Source: Eledone cirrhosa
Taxonomy: Eukaryota
Assembly: GCA_964016885.1 (NCBI GenBank)
Contig: OZ024741.1
Span: 66,836,001-66,900,000 of the forward strand
Length of the DNA: 64,000 nucleotides
Reading direction: 5' to 3'
The position numbers and the translations under genes were made by a program. The notes beneath the pieces are model-generated. The model was not told the origin of the DNA. It saw nothing but the letters and a program-made list of their open reading frames with translations, and ran no database searches. Positions within the stretch are counted from its first letter, which is position 1. Each line of letters begins with the position of its first letter. Shown in pieces: positions 45,431-63,120 of the stretch.

Positions 45431-47658
45431 CTACATTTTAAATTTATATTTATATTTAAACGTTGAGTTCAATCTATGTCTGCAGCAACTGAATAAATTG
45501 CTCCTTAAATTAAGGGAATTTTTGAACTTTAATATAAAGAATACCTCCTCCACACAGAGATCACATATCTCTGATGAGGAATTAAAGGGAATTCCCTTGA
45601 GACAATATTCCAAAACATCGAATACTCAACATCATCTCGTTTAAGTTGCCAGAGTAGGCTTGATAGCGAAGTTGAGGATTTTTTGTTTGGGTCTGTGAAA
45701 GAATTCTTATGATTATTGAAGCGAAGTTTAAATTCTGTCGAGGTGGAACCAACATAGTTGAAAGAATTTAAGTTAGTTTTAACATTACAATTGTATACTA
45801 CATTTTTAACTAAGCAATTGTTATTTAACGGACAGTTAGATTTATTTCTACAGTTACAGTTATTTAATTGAATATTGTTTGGGTTATTATTGGTATTTTG
45901 GTTAGGTTTTAAATTCCTATTATTAATTCTGTTAATATTTTGTACTAAATTTTTGGTGGACGAGTAAGTTAATTTTATAGTATGTCTATTAAAAATTGAG
46001 TGATATTTATGTGTTCTAGGGAAGCGTTTGTCAAGAGCATTAAAGAATAGTTTAGCAATATGGGTTTTAATATTTAGTGAAAAAGGGGGGGGGGGGGCAA
46101 ACCATATTATATTTCTAATTCTATTTCTTTTTCGGCTTTTGGAATTATTGTAATGTTTTCTATTATAGTTGTTAATGTTGTTACCGTAATTCAAATTGTT
46201 ATTATTTTGGTTAGTTTGCTTATTATTATCGATGTACTTAATTTTATCACTATATCCTGCTCTAGCTAACGCTTCATTGTAATACTGCGCTTTTTCATCA
46301 AAAATATTTTTATTAGATGAAATTCTTGAAATTCGTTCTTGAACAGAGTTCACTATAGTATTTTTAACAGATCTGGGGTGATTAGAGTTAAAATTGACAT
46401 AATTCAAGTGCTCATTTAGTTTGTGAAATGGATAGTGAAGACATGTGTTGATATTTAGTGTTACATCCAGGAAATTGGCTATTCTATGGTTATTCTCTAT
46501 TTCTATTTTTAGATTAAGGTAATTAAAAAATTGTATAATTTGTTTTCTTTTTCTATTTAGTTCACAGTTATTACTTTCAATAAGTAAAAGCATGTCATCA
46601 CGATATAATCCTCCGGTTACACCTGGTATTTTTCTATGCAGCGAATTAATTATAAATAGGCCCACAAGGTCCGTTACCTGAGCTGAGTCAGATGATCCCA
46701 TAGTTATGTCAAAATTATTATCTCTATCTGCCCTAGTCCATAGTTGGTTATTAAATTCTATCAATGTTTTTCTTGCCGATAATATAATGTGCATTTCATT
46801 GCTAGTTAGGTCTGTATGTTTAAATGCGTAATTTAGTGCCTTATTCAGTAGATTAGGAGTGATAGATGAATAGTAGTTAGCAATATCAAGTTGAATAAAC
46901 TTATTATTATAGTTATATTTAATTTCTTTAAACCACTCAATAACCTCACCAGTCCCCTTCCATAACTTTAAGTAAGGTAAATTATGTAAGTTTTTAATTT
47001 GCTGTATTACCCTGTCTAGAATGTTTTTGCTAAGTTTTCCCAGGTCAGATTTTGATGGTGCAATCAATCTGACTGGCAAATCATTTTCAAAATTTCTTTT
47101 GTGATCTTTCATATTGATCTTGGGTTTCCTAGGCATGAAGGGTTGTGTTTTATTCTCAATGACTAATTCATGCATTATACAAGATGCCTCTGTATTCATT
47201 TTTTCCAGTTCGTCCTTACTTGCTACCTTGTACTTTTTCCTTAGTTCTTTCAATATAAGGCCGTTATACATGTCCTTTTGTACTCCATAAAGGTTATTGG
47301 TTTTGTCCGATTTCGCTAAGATCTTCTCTGTTTTTTCCAAGCCTTCAATATTATCCTTAATGCATCTTAGATAGTCCTGGACTTTGAAGTTTCTCTTGAA
47401 TTTGATTCCTTGGATGATAGAAATTATATCGTTTTCAAAATCCATTAATAGTTTGTTGGGGGGTTGATTTTTTTTAGATTTGAAAATTTTATCCAAATCT
47501 GAAACATTTTCATTTAGATTAGAGTTATCAAAGTGGAAGGCACGCTACCTGATTCTTCTTATAAAAGAGTCTGATTTTTCTATTAATTGTTTAATAAAGT
47601 CTTTGTTCCTAGGTAGAGGTATGTCTTTCTGAGAAGAAGATATCTTAAAGAATTCCAT
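45431..47658 (-). pseudogene. PLE polyprotein: reverse transcriptase + GIY-YIG endonuclease (one premature stop, one late frameshift)
   Basis: ATG at 47658 (MEFFKISSSQKDIP...FIRRIR*, TAG at 47545-47547 where W is expected) in frame with the 655-aa ORF: KDHK, RLIAPSKSDLGK, QLDIANYYSSI, GLYRDD, CNCRNKSNCPL, YVGSTSTEFKLR. The C-terminus CDLCVEE...CCRH lies in another frame. Confidence 0.92.
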
Positions 47659-48133
47659 TTTTTCAGTTATAATATAAAGCGCTCAACAATATTGGAGCAA
47701 AAATATATGCAAAGGTTTTATTTAAAATTGTTGGGTTACAGCAAGTAAATATTTTATAACTGATATAAAGCACTCCACAAGTTTTTGGAGTATATATACG
47801 ATATTAAACAAATGGAAACTATATTTATAAAACCATATTTATTTCATTATACATATTTCAGGGATACCATATTAAAAATATGGCATGCCTTCGTTTGCCT
47901 CTCTTATTTCTTCCTTGTTCCTTTTCACCTCCTCCTTTCTTTCTCTCCCCTCTATTTCTCTGGGGTTTTTTTTTACCTCCGTTTCTTCTTTCTCTCCGTC
48001 TTTTTTCTAACTGTGCTTAACACTATAACTAAATAATTATAAACAAATCACTACCCAGACAGCTTCCTAATTTAATGGTCGCTTATAATATGGTACGTCA
48101 AAATTATTTATAAAACTGTTTATATATTGTATT

Positions 48134-48191
48134 TTATCTGACGAAGGCATGCCATATTTTTAATATGGTATCCCTGAAATATGTATAATGA
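48134..48191 (+). ncRNA. pLTR hammerhead ribozyme (copy at 43713-43770, minus)
   Basis: TTAT-CTGACGA-AGG CATGCCATAT...ATATGGTAT CCCT-GAAA-TATGTA-TA^ATGA. Confidence 0.8.
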
Positions 48192-48235
48192 AATAAATAT
48201 GGTTTGATAAATATAGTTTCCATTTGTTTAATATC

Positions 48236-48307
<72 letters not shown>

Positions 48308-48490
48308 ACATATATATATATAGGCCATTAATGAAGAGAGAGCGAGAGAGAGCGAGAGAGAGAGAGAGTGAGTGAGAGAGAGAGAGAGTGAGTAAGGGAG
48401 AGGGAGAGAGAGAGAGAGAAAATGAGCGGAGGAAAAATTGTGACGCAGATAGATAAGATGTATGGACTGACAAAGTCAGTACATTTCGGT

Positions 48491-48654
<164 letters not shown>

Positions 48655-48869
48655 GGGAAAGAGAGAGAAAGAAAATGAGAAAGAGAAACAAGTTAAAGGG
48701 AGGAGTAAAGGGAGTGATATAGAACAGAAAAAAGTGGGAGAATAAGGTGGAGGGTGGGGGTGAAGGGGAGTGTGTATATAGGAGAATAAGATATATATTG
48801 ATGGGCACGAAGTAAATATTGAAATAGTGGTTTCTCTCTCTCTTGCTCTCACTCTCTCACTCTTTATAT

Positions 48870-48944
<75 letters not shown>

Positions 48945-49004
48945 ATTAATATAGTATATACATTCAGACATATGAACCATTTCTCCTCGACCTATTAAGT
49001 CCTC

Positions 49005-49088
<84 letters not shown>

Positions 49089-52000
49089 CAGAGAGAAGGA
49101 CTTAACAGGGCGAAGAGAAATGGTTCATATGAAGGAACAAGATATATGATGAGATATAAGGGAGGAGCAAAGACAGTAAGAAGGAAAGATGCTTAAAGAT
49201 AATAAATTTTGATTGTTGTTGATGCAGAACATTGCTAGCTTCTTTATATTCTACAATTTAAACTTTATTAAGATGAGAGTAGAGGTTACTGACATCTATT
49301 TTATATATCTATACATCACTGACATATCAGAGTTAAGTTATTATAAATGGCCAATTTATATTAACTCATGCTTTTATAGACTATCAGTATCTTCAGAATT
49401 GAACGAACAGATTAATAATTAGAAAAGGTGGCCAGAGTTGAAATCCATTCGGCGTTGATCGATGGATAAGTATAGTACCAGTTAAGTACTACGATGAGTT
49501 GGCAATCGTATGAGTGTTGGATTAAATACTTTGTGGTATTTCCTTCCTCACTCTGTAGTTCTACTTTCCGTTCTTTTGGGGTCGATAAATATATTATCAT
49601 CCAGGGGAGGTAAGGAATTATTGGATTTGTCAGAGCGTCGGTATTTCTTCCGGATCTTTGCGTTCCATGTTCCGTTACAGGAAACAATTATGATGTGCTA
49701 GGCGCGGAGTGTATATCGTTAAATCCAACATAGTTAGGGAGGTCGGCTAAATCTACGCCGGCCTGAACCTTAGCAACAACAACAAAAGTTAAGTACTGTG
49801 GTTGATCCATCGTTCTCTAGGAATCGACTACGTTGCTCTGTAAAAAGAATTGTGAGGTATAACTCAGGGCAGGCCTTTCTAAAATGAAAATAAAATTGGA
49901 GAAAAAGGTTTAGCGGGATGGGGGTGGGGGTGGGGTGGGGGTGAGGTGGGGTGTGCTATAGAACCCTTTTTATAGGAACATAAAACTAATAAACTATTGG
50001 ATACTCTTAAGGTCGAAAGTATATGCAGTAGAACACTGAAAGGGAATGACAAATCTACATTTAAATCCAATTACTCGACTTCTATTCGCACACACATGTA
50101 TACAGTGCTTTTTCAAAAGAAGTCATTTATAATTTATCAAATCCACATATTTTCTCTCTCAATAGAATGGATGCATTTATCAAAGTATTTTTTCGAATAG
50201 AAAATTACACTCAAAACTAATGAATAAATATGCAATAATAATTAGATTTTATGAAGTAGAATTTATATCAAGTGCTATCGTAAAGCATTGGCAGTATGTG
50301 TCTATGTGTTGTAGGTTGTCTATAGTAATATGTTCGTTTGTTGTAGTTTATATACGTGTGTGTGAGTGTTTTAGAATATGTTTATAGTTTTCGTGTGTGT
50401 GCGTTTGTTTCAGAATATGTGTATGCATGAGTGTGTGTGTGTATCCGAGTTGTAGCCTGTGCGTGTACATGTATTTTGTTGCTTATGTACGTGTTTGTGT
50501 TCATGGTTTTGTACATATGTATATGTTAGTATATGCATGTGTGTGTATGTCTAAGTGTGTATGTGTGCAATAGCTAATGTCTCTGAATAGTAGGTGTAGT
50601 GGTATGTGGGGGTGGGTGGGTAGTAGTGATACTATAACAATTATTGCTACTGAAGCCAAGATCGGTGGATTAGCAGAGTTGTTAATGCATTGGACAATAT
50701 ATTTTGCTGCATTCATCTATGGACATTTACGTCTTGAGTTCAAATCCCACAAAGGTTAAATTGCCTTTCATTGTTCCAGGTTCGATACAAATAAAGTACC
50801 ACTTAAGTAGTGGAGTCGATACCGTAATCTCCTTTCGTTTCCTCCCAAATGTCTGGGCTTGTGACAACGTTAGATAATATCACTACTAAGGAGGTGTAAA
50901 GACTTAGCGTGGATCTGTCATCGAAAATGTTCTAGCCGTGACTATCTTGTCATTTTCTCCTAGCTATAACATGCGACGTATAAAAGTGGGTATGCATAGT
51001 GGATTCAAAGACTGAGAATTGGCAGAGATTTTAGAACGTTTTGAGAACTGTGCTCCGAGTTCCAAACCCAACGAGGCCAGCTGTGCCTTTCACCCTTTCG
51101 ACGTTGATAGAATAAGTACTAGTCAAGTATTAGGGCAAATTCTTCAACTGCGTCTCTTTCTCACTTCCTCTCTATCACCCTCCCCTCTCTTTCTCTGGAA
51201 GGAATCGATAGGGTTCAGGCCTGAATGATATCCGTCATATTTTAAATGCCCAAGACACGATTCAATCAGGAGTTATGGGTTTATGCAAAACTACAGAGTG
51301 GATACAATTCAATACTTAATATGTGTATTGATTGCAGAGAGGTGAAAAACAAAAATAACTCAAATAACAAAAATAACTCAAATAACTAAAAGATCTATGA
51401 CATTTAATTCAGTAGTTCATCGTTTTTATGATTCCTTTTGTGTTTACATCAATTTCCAGCAATGTGACGAGCAGCACAGAATCGTTTCTCAGCAAATGTG
51501 TGTATCTATGGACACATAACATCTGGTGGTGTCGTAGTGGCATTGTAGTGAAGCGCGGCGTCTCTTGGGCATTTTAAATTTGGCGGAGTCCACCCCCTCT
51601 TCAAGTCTGAACACAATGAATTTCTTCTAAAGAAGGAGAGAAAGTGTTAGGGAGGAATTGAGAAAGTCGGAACGAATACGGGAAAACATCCAACCGATGT
51701 TCTAATGACCCCGCCAATTCTTTCGCCTCTCCACAGTTGATGATTCGTATTATTTTATCGACACCATACGGGTGAAAGGAAAATTTAAACGCATTTTTGA
51801 CTCTTAAATGATATATGGGCGAACACAAGTATGAAATAATTAGATGCAATTGAAATTACTTCTTCCACGGAAATATTTGAGCCCAGAACATTTCGAAACC
51901 TGAATAACTAGAGAACATTTACAAATAATTCTATTTACATAATAACGTTTGCGGAACATGATTAACTATGTAAGGTTTTCGAACAAGAGTAACTACATAA

Positions 52001-52309
52001 GAATGTACAAGACTAATCAACATTTACATACAAAGCCTACTATATGAGAACATTTACCAACGAGACTAACTATATGACAACATTTACGTACAAGACTCAC
52101 TATATGACAACATTTACGTATATGACGAATTATATGAAAATGGATCTGTGGATGCCAGTCACAAACCTCTTACCCTCACATTTAATATCTACAAGATTGA
52201 TAGAGACAGTTATAAGTAATAACATTTTACATGAGATTAAATCTCTTTCCTACGTGGGTGATCACCAGTACAGTTTCTGTATGGGTGTTGGACATCCGTC
52301 AGTTCCAAC

Positions 52310-52590
52310 AACGGGTGTTCAAGTTGATTCGATGAACAGCCTGCTCGTGAAATTAATGTGCAAGAGGTTGAGAATTCCATAGACACATGTACCCTCAATG
52401 TAGTTCTCAGGGAGATTCAATGTATAACAGTGTGCAACAAAGTTGAACATTTGAATTACATGTATAATACATTTTAGCTGAATGGAACAAAGCGAAATAA
52501 AATGTCTTGTTGAAGGAAGCAATGCGTTGCCGAGAATCGAACTCACCACCTTACCATCGGGAACCGAATACCCTAAACATGTAGCCACGT
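52310..52590 (-). mobile_element. Diverged CORE-type SINE
   Basis: The minus strand shows a tRNA-like head and a CORE-like segment. Confidence 0.5.
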
Positions 52591-53250
52591 TCTTTCATGT
52601 GGTTTGTGTAGAACCGTATATTCCTGCGATTTCCTCATCCTTTACGCATCACAAGCCCTTTCATTACCGATAGCAATTCTGTAAACGCACAATTGTTTTC
52701 CTATTGTTAATATTATTGGTTTATATTGTATCTAACAAATTAATATCGATTTCTTTTGCCTTGGGTTTTGTCAGATTTAGCAATGAAATTCAGATAGCCA
52801 TGTGTATATTTGTAGGTGATACATTCGTTTGATAACGTTGTTACATCAACCAAACTATGCTACACTGGAATCAACTAATAGCTTGGGGAATTAGAACGTC
52901 ACAATGGAAGCGTACAAGTTATAACAACGTGGTCATCATACTCGTAGTGTATAGCAAAGAATGTTAACACCGAACAGCTAACCAAAACTTATGCTCGTCT
53001 TAAACATTACGGATAATATGTGAATACATTACGGATAATTCTGAAGTTCAGAGTGTTGCAGCATAAATTGTTTTCGTGTGTCCTGTTGTATACTAAAACA
53101 TACAGGCAGGTTTGAAAGGTTATATCAAAATAATGTAAATGTCTCATAAATATGTCTAAATTCAATCTGACATACACCAGTCACTGTTTGTAATAGCTGT
53201 CTAACAGTAAACAATACATACATACATAAAGACATACATACATACGTATG

Positions 53251-53585
53251 ATGATGGCCGCCCCCTCGTTATCGAGTATGGCCATTGCACGATATAACAT
53301 AATTAAAAATCATTAATTAATTCTATCGTGCAATGCCTATGCGTGAAGATTTTTTTAAAGGGAGGAAAGACTGTGCTCTGAGCCAATCCCACTCTGTGAG
53401 CGACAGTAGCTATAACTCTGAAAAGAAGAAAAAAATCAACATCATCGGTAACTACTGAACCGCAGTTTTTATGTCGGAGTTATCCCAGTTTCCCGAGTTG
53501 CTTTTCCTAGAAGAATGTCCTGACAAAGGCTAGGGGTCCTTCACTCCCAGTGGGTTAACCGCGCGATCGGGTATCCAGCCTGACT
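53251..53585 (-). mobile_element. Related RTE-derived short element (different subfamily)
   Basis: Shares CCTAGAA...TGACAAAGGCTA.GGGTC and the CTCG....CGAG terminal hairpin with the 600-bp family. Confidence 0.55.
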
Positions 53586-53691
53586 ATTTCTATGTCCCCG
53601 TGCATATACATAGACATGCACACATGCACACATATATACATATATACATGTGTATATACATATTTACATACATATTTACATACATATTCAT

Positions 53692-54299
53692 GGTGGCTGC
53701 CAACTCGTTTTCGAGTACGGCCACTACTTTATATCCATATAGGAGAACCCCTACCGATGCGCTGAACGAGTGTGACTTTTTAGTCCAGCCAGCGACTTGA
53801 AAACTCTGGTACAAACACTACACTTGTGAAAATTATTGACACATAGTGCTGGGCCCATGGTACCTTGTGATGACAAGTGCAGAGAGATCTCCAGATATAA
53901 AGCAATGCCTGTGCTGTGAAGCTTTTATAGTGAGCAAAGGCACTGCACAAAGCCAGTCCCACTCTCTTAACCAAGAGGATATTTACCAAAAAGAAGAACA
54001 AGTCAACATCATTGGATACCATCAGGGTTGCAGGTGTTATATCAGAGTTTTCCTTCTCCTAGAATTCTGCCTTGTCAAAGGCTAAGGGGTCATCTCTCCC
54101 GGTGATTTTGGATGGCCATTGACTCTTAAGAGCTCCTTTGCCCTTTGACAGGTTTTGTTTTTATTCCTGCAGGATGTCCAAAGTCACCCTCCTCACCAAG
54201 AAACCTTGGTGGGGTTGCCAGTTTAGTCGCCAACGACCCGACCACGAGACAGGTTGTACTGGGATACATGTTACCAGTAGCAGCAACTGGTGACCTGAC
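53692..54299 (-). mobile_element. RTE-derived bipartite short retroelement, copy 3
   Basis: Near-identical to 1247-1838. Confidence 0.7.
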
Positions 54300-54340
54300 A
54301 TACATACATACATACATACATACATACATACATACATACA

Positions 54341-54376
<36 letters not shown>

Positions 54377-55939
54377 TACACATACATACATACATACATA
54401 CATATATACATACATACATACACACATATATACATACATACATACATACATACATACATACATACATACATACATACATACATTCATACATACATGCATA
54501 GATATATACATACATACGTGCAATGCATACACAAGAGCGCAGCTCCCTAATTCATAGTCTACAAATGGCTGCGATAGCTGGCACCTTCAAAATTTGCAAA
54601 ACATTCTTGCGATTCAAGGGATGACAATTTCTTTTCTCTTACAACCTTGCCACCATGAAGGTGGCCGGTCAAAAAATATACTCGAAATTAAGAGAAAGAG
54701 ATATACATACAAATGCGCATGTATACATATATACATACATACGCGTATGCATACATTCATAAATACATACATACGCCGTATGTACATACCTACGTACATA
54801 TAAATGTGCATATATGCATACATATATACATGGATATATAAATACATAGATGCATGCATACGTGCATGGCTGTATGTATGTATATTTGTGTTTACTGTTA
54901 TCGTTTGTTTATGCCCTATAACCTAGTAGTTTGTCAAAACGAAACAGATAAAACCATTAAGAAACTTGAGAAGTGATGGAATCGATAAGTTCGACTTTTA
55001 CATCTAGATCGGTTAGTATATGTAGGCTAAGAATTAGCAGTCATCAATGCGTTTGATTAAATACCTCGGTATTAATTTCAGTTCACTGCGCTCTGATTAA
55101 AAATCTCACCAATGTCAACTTTGCCTTTCATCTTTTCAGGGCTGGTGAATAAAGTACCAGTCTAGAAGAAGTAGATTGGAAGAATAGTTAAAGAGTCGGA
55201 CATGTTCTTAGCGGTATTTGATCCAGTTCTGTGTATTCTGAGTTCATAATCCGCCTCCTTCTGCCAGGATTTGAAACTCGTAGATAGTATCGGTAATGAA
55301 ATGGCCAATGGAAACATTGTTTGCTTGCCCAAATCTAATTATCGCCATCTTTTCCTTTTTTTATATATGTAGATAATATTAACTATTCCTCCATTTTTTC
55401 AATTCCTTTTTGAAAATGTATACTCTTCGATATTTTTATTCATTTCTTTCTCACTTTACTTGTCCTTCCGCCAAGTCATTGATTACTTTTTTCTGAACGT
55501 ACGCCTGTCCAGTGTTACGAAAAACTAAATTGCGAATCTGTTCCCACGATACACTTCTTTGACCCGAGTCCATCAAACAGCTTACATATTCTTTATACCG
55601 ACGAATATGCGCCATAGCTCTGACACCACAAATGTTATATTTCGCATTGAAGAAATGATTCAGTACCATTCTTTCCTCTGGCACTTTCGTTGTGATATAT
55701 TTTCTAATCGCCTTTTCTAATTTGTTCACCAGCTAGCCTCTCTAATCTATTTTACGCGATTGCTACTTTTTTGCTAAATTCTATTGATTCTACTCTAATC
55801 GCTCTGTTCAGAGCCCTTCAAGAAAAACGAAAAAAAGATTTACGAGTGTACTCTTGAATGAATAATTATCTTCGACCAGCAGTGCTACAGTGTTTCATAA
55901 TAGCCATTTTGCCAAAGGAAAATCAAATTCATCTTTTTT

Positions 55940-56017
<78 letters not shown>

Positions 56018-56059
56018 CCTCGTGCTCTCTCTTTATACACACACACACACACATATATT

Positions 56060-56578
56060 CTGGGCTCATAAAAAGACTTTAACATCCGCAAAGCTTTGAT
56101 AAATTCTGGAAATCAAATTTCTATCCACTTTAAAAGTTAAAACCTTTACTATATTAATCGAATCAATTCTATATAACTTAGAAACCCGAACACTCACCAC
56201 TCGCTTAGAAACACGCTTAGATGACACATACATCAACTTACTTAGAAGAGTGAAGAATCTGAGCTAGTTGTCACATCTAACAAGCAATTTACGGAATTCT
56301 GCGTTCAAACCCCTTAGACTTAAACAGAAAAGTCTCCAGTTCGCAGGCCACTGTTTTAGGGTGGATAGGGAAATAATTTCATCGCTTCTTTTATGGAAGC
56401 CCTTGGAAGTGTCCATTGTCGAAATTGACTTGGAAGTGTCCATTGTCGTAAAGTGACTTATGCGATTCAGGAATCCAATTCGAAGAACTGGGGGCGGAAA
56501 GGCTGGATCGTTCTGTACGAACGGGAACTGTCGAGAGTGTGCCGACCAACCAGGTCGAAGGATGATGACTATGATGGA
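56060..56578 (+). pseudogene. 3' end of an RTE-clade LINE
   Basis: ETRTLTTRLETRLDDTYINLLRRVKN...LQFAGHCFRVDREIISSLLLWKP, followed by a (TGA)-like tail. Confidence 0.7.
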
Positions 56579-57402
56579 ATCTTTATATTTTGAGTTCAAA
56601 ATATAAAGTTCGTTTAAGAATTTCACTGCACAATCTCAAACCTCTGAGCTAGAACCCATTGCATGACATCACATGCGACTGTCGTTTTTCATAACCCCGG
56701 GTTGATCCTAACATTACATGTAGAATTGGACGGAAGCCTGACGCATGGATTGAAACAATAATTCAAAGGTTCAACCTGATTATACAATGTGTCAGGTTCA
56801 ACCTCACGGAGAATTACGTTAAAGTTACACGCGCCAGTGGAATACACAATCAATCAAATGTTAATTGTTCAAGCACGTAGTTCAAGTGATTGAACAAATG
56901 CAGTTTTATTGAAAATAACAATATTTATCTCACCATGGAAAGTAAAAATAAAAGTTAGTTACACCACAGATTTTATCACTTTGTCGACAGAATATGCGAA
57001 ACCGATATGACACATTCTATATATAAACCATGTGTATTTGTATAGTTAGAGGCAAAGAACGTCGGATAGAATACGTTGTTGTATTCTTTGAGGCTCTCTG
57101 TCCCCTGAGTTCAAATCGCGGTGAGGTCAACTTTGTCTATCATTCTTTCGAGGTCGATAAGAAAAGTATGAGTTCAGTACTGGAGTCGATTCTTCATCTA
57201 TATCTCTTTCTAACTTTCTCTCTATCACCCGTTCTCTCTCCTGTACAAGAAATCGGCAGTGATCAAAGCTGGAGTGGGGTTGGTCTTCGCCAGGCTTAAA
57301 AATGACCAAGAATTGTCGTGTATGTCACTACGGCACAATCACGACTCCGCCATGAGTGTACGGGTATATAAGAAGAAGAATTTATATATATATATATATA
57401 TA

Positions 57403-57863
57403 TATAATACATTATAAAGAAAGAAGAAACATTAGATATAATTAATAAGATATACCATACGCAAATTCCTTCATAACTCCTCGACTACGTAGTTTCGTGG
57501 CATATTATACAAAAACACATCACAGAGATACAGTATTTTTGTGAGGTTTGCCGACTTATCAAGAGGATACCTCATTTAGAGTTTCATTACTCCTCGACTA
57601 CGTAGTTTCGGGATTCTATCTCGCGTCAGGATTCTCTCCGCCTTTCGGGATTCTATCTCGCGTCCTACGGATGTGTTTTGAAACTCTAAATGAGGTATCC
57701 TCTTGATAAGTCGGCAAACCTCACAAAAATACTGTATCTCTGTGATGTGTTTTTGCATAATATGCCACGAAACTACGTAGTCGAGGAGTAGTGAGGGAAT
57801 TTGGGTATGGTATATCTTACTAATTATATCTAATGTTTCTTCTTTCTTTATAATGTATTATAT
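57403..57863. mobile_element. Fold-back solo pLTR with two inverted U3-A8 HHRs (57478-57567 minus; 57698-57787 plus)
   Basis: ~185-bp inverted arms. TCCTC-TTGATAA-GTCGGCA...TGCCAC-GAAA-CTACGTAG-TC^GAGGA. Confidence 0.85.
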
Positions 57864-58149
57864 AGCTCTGATACTGAGTCAATCTAATCCATTCGGATTA
57901 TTTTGTCCCAGTTATTCATAGAGCAACAACAGTTGAGGTTGACACCACAAATTCAGGGATGTATGTGGATATATTCATGTATATGTATGTGTCCGCATGT
58001 ATCTGTGTATTTCTTTATATTGATTGTATATATATATATATATATTTATACAGGGAGTGTAACATGAAATTACTTGGGTTCACCCAGGTGAGCACTCGAC
58101 GTTTAGGTTCCCGTCAGTGACGAGGTGTAGAGCTAAACAGAGTGCAATA

Positions 58150-58360
58150 TAATAATGGTTTCTTATATAGGTATAAGGCCAGCAATTTGGGGAGACGGGA
58201 AAGTCGATTAAATCGACTCCAGTGCGTGACTCGTACTTTATTTTATCGACCCCGTAAGGCAGAGTTAACCTCGGCAGGATTTGAACTGAGATCATAAAGG
58301 GCCATAACTCTATGCTGCAAAGCATGGCGTCCGACCCTCTACCGATCTGCCAATCCACCA
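58150..58360 (-). mobile_element. SINE copy
   Basis: Same family as 37378-37990. Confidence 0.8.
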
Positions 58361-58598
58361 ATAATAATACGAGGACGATTTATTAAGCCTTCAATACGTT
58401 TATTGATTGTTGACGCGCGTTTCGCTATTGATCAGCTCAAGGTTAGATCTGTATCGATCTGTCTTTACCACAGCAGAGGTCCGATGAGCTTTTGATTCTA
58501 AAGTCGATACAGATTGAACCTTGAGCTGATTAATAGCGAAACGCGCGTCATCAATCAATAAACGTAATGCAGGCTTAACACATCGTCCTTGTATTATT
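58361..58598 (+). mobile_element. Fold-back solo pLTR in (TAA)n with HHR at 58478-58552
   Basis: GGT-CCGATGA-GCT...AGC-GAAA-CGCGCG-TC^ATC. The left arm is an inverted half-ribozyme. Confidence 0.8.
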
Positions 58599-58805
58599 AT
58601 TATTATTATTGTTATAAATAAAGTACCAGTAATGTACTGAATAATTGCTGGCCTTGTGCCAAAAGTAGAAACAAATATTATTATTATTGTTATTACCCCT
58701 CCCCCCTTATTTGCACTGCCTCTTCGCTTCCACGTTTTTTTCTTTTCTGTTTACTGTCTCAACTTAAAAAAATATATATATACATATGTATATATATATA
58801 TATTA

Positions 58806-58902
<97 letters not shown>

Positions 58903-58993
58903 AACGAGTCCTATTACCCACTCTACTACTCTAAGTATTGAGTACTTTGGTGCGTTATGGTCCACCTGGTTCCTTACCACATTTCCTTCGTTC

Positions 58994-61795
<2,802 letters not shown>

Positions 61796-61871
61796 CTTGA
61801 CCGACCAGTCTATCGGGCGTCCATTCGGCGCCGCTGGTCACACCACGTCGTGCTGTTTTAGCTATAAGATA

Positions 61872-62199
61872 ACGGTGTTAAGGCAACCACGTCACCTTTT
61901 TGTTCAACACTGACACAGGAACGATGTACTAGTTTCAAGCTTGTTAGCTATCATCAGCACCGTATACCCATCTGCCAGATAGTTGAACGTTCGAAAGTAT
62001 ATACTTTCCTTATGAAAATTAACGGCTGAGCAGCCTAATTAGCATATCGAGTGAGTTAAATCAGTCAGGCGCACCGAAAACGATGAGTTGTAATAAAATG
62101 AAAACGAAATTTCATTTCTCACTCTTAGTACGGCACTTACTTAAATGTAAGTATGTATGTATACGTACAAACATATATGTATACAGACGTACAGTAGCA

Positions 62200-62277
<78 letters not shown>

Positions 62278-62713
62278 TACATACAGGTACACACATATAT
62301 ATGTACGTATCAGTTTAGCGGACGCTTATTATAGCGCCCGCTTTGTTCGTTTGTAAACAAACTGAACAGCCTGAATTTATGCCGCACGGTGTTAAGGCAA
62401 CCACGTCACCTTTTTGTTCAACACTGACACAGGAACGATGTACTAGTTTCAAGCTTGTTAGCTATCATCAGCACCGTATACCCATCTGCCAGATAGTTGA
62501 ACGTTTGAAAGTATATACTTTCCTTATGAAAATTAACGGCTCAGCAGCCTAATTTGCATATCGAGTGAGTTAAATCGGTCAGGCGCACCGAAAACGATGA
62601 GTTGTAATAAAATGAAAACGAAATTTCATTTCTCACTCTTAGTACGGCACTTACTTAAATGTAAGTATGTATATATACGTACATACATATATGTAGACAG
62701 ACGTACAGTAGCA

Positions 62714-62751
<38 letters not shown>

Positions 62752-63011
62752 TACATACAGGTACATATATATATATGTACGTATCAGTTTAGCGGACGCT
62801 TATTATAGCGCCCGCTTTGTTCGTTTGTAAACAAACTGAACAGCCTTGAAACTAGTACATCGTTCCTGTGTCAGTGTTGAACAAAAAGGTGACGTGGTTG
62901 CCTTAACACCGTGCGGCATAAATTCAGGCTGTTCAATTTGTTTACAAACGAACAAAGCGGGCGCTATAATAAGCGTCCGCTAAACTGATACGTACATATA
63001 TATATTTGTAC

Positions 63012-63071
<60 letters not shown>

Positions 63072-63120
63072 GCTACTGTACGTCTGTATACATATATGTA
63101 TGTACGTATACATACATACT

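Larger units (their letters stand above)
43574..48237 (-). mobile_element. Near full-length PLE (Nematis-like) with direct and inverted pLTRs, in (TA)n
   Basis: 43574-43764 is repeated directly at 47704-47893, and 47890-48237 is the reverse complement of ~43662-44010. Confidence 0.92.

Noticed and set aside
47545-47547. Programmed readthrough or selenocysteine in the PLE ORF
   Set aside because: The codon is TAG at an expected Trp position, and a single G>A mutation explains it.
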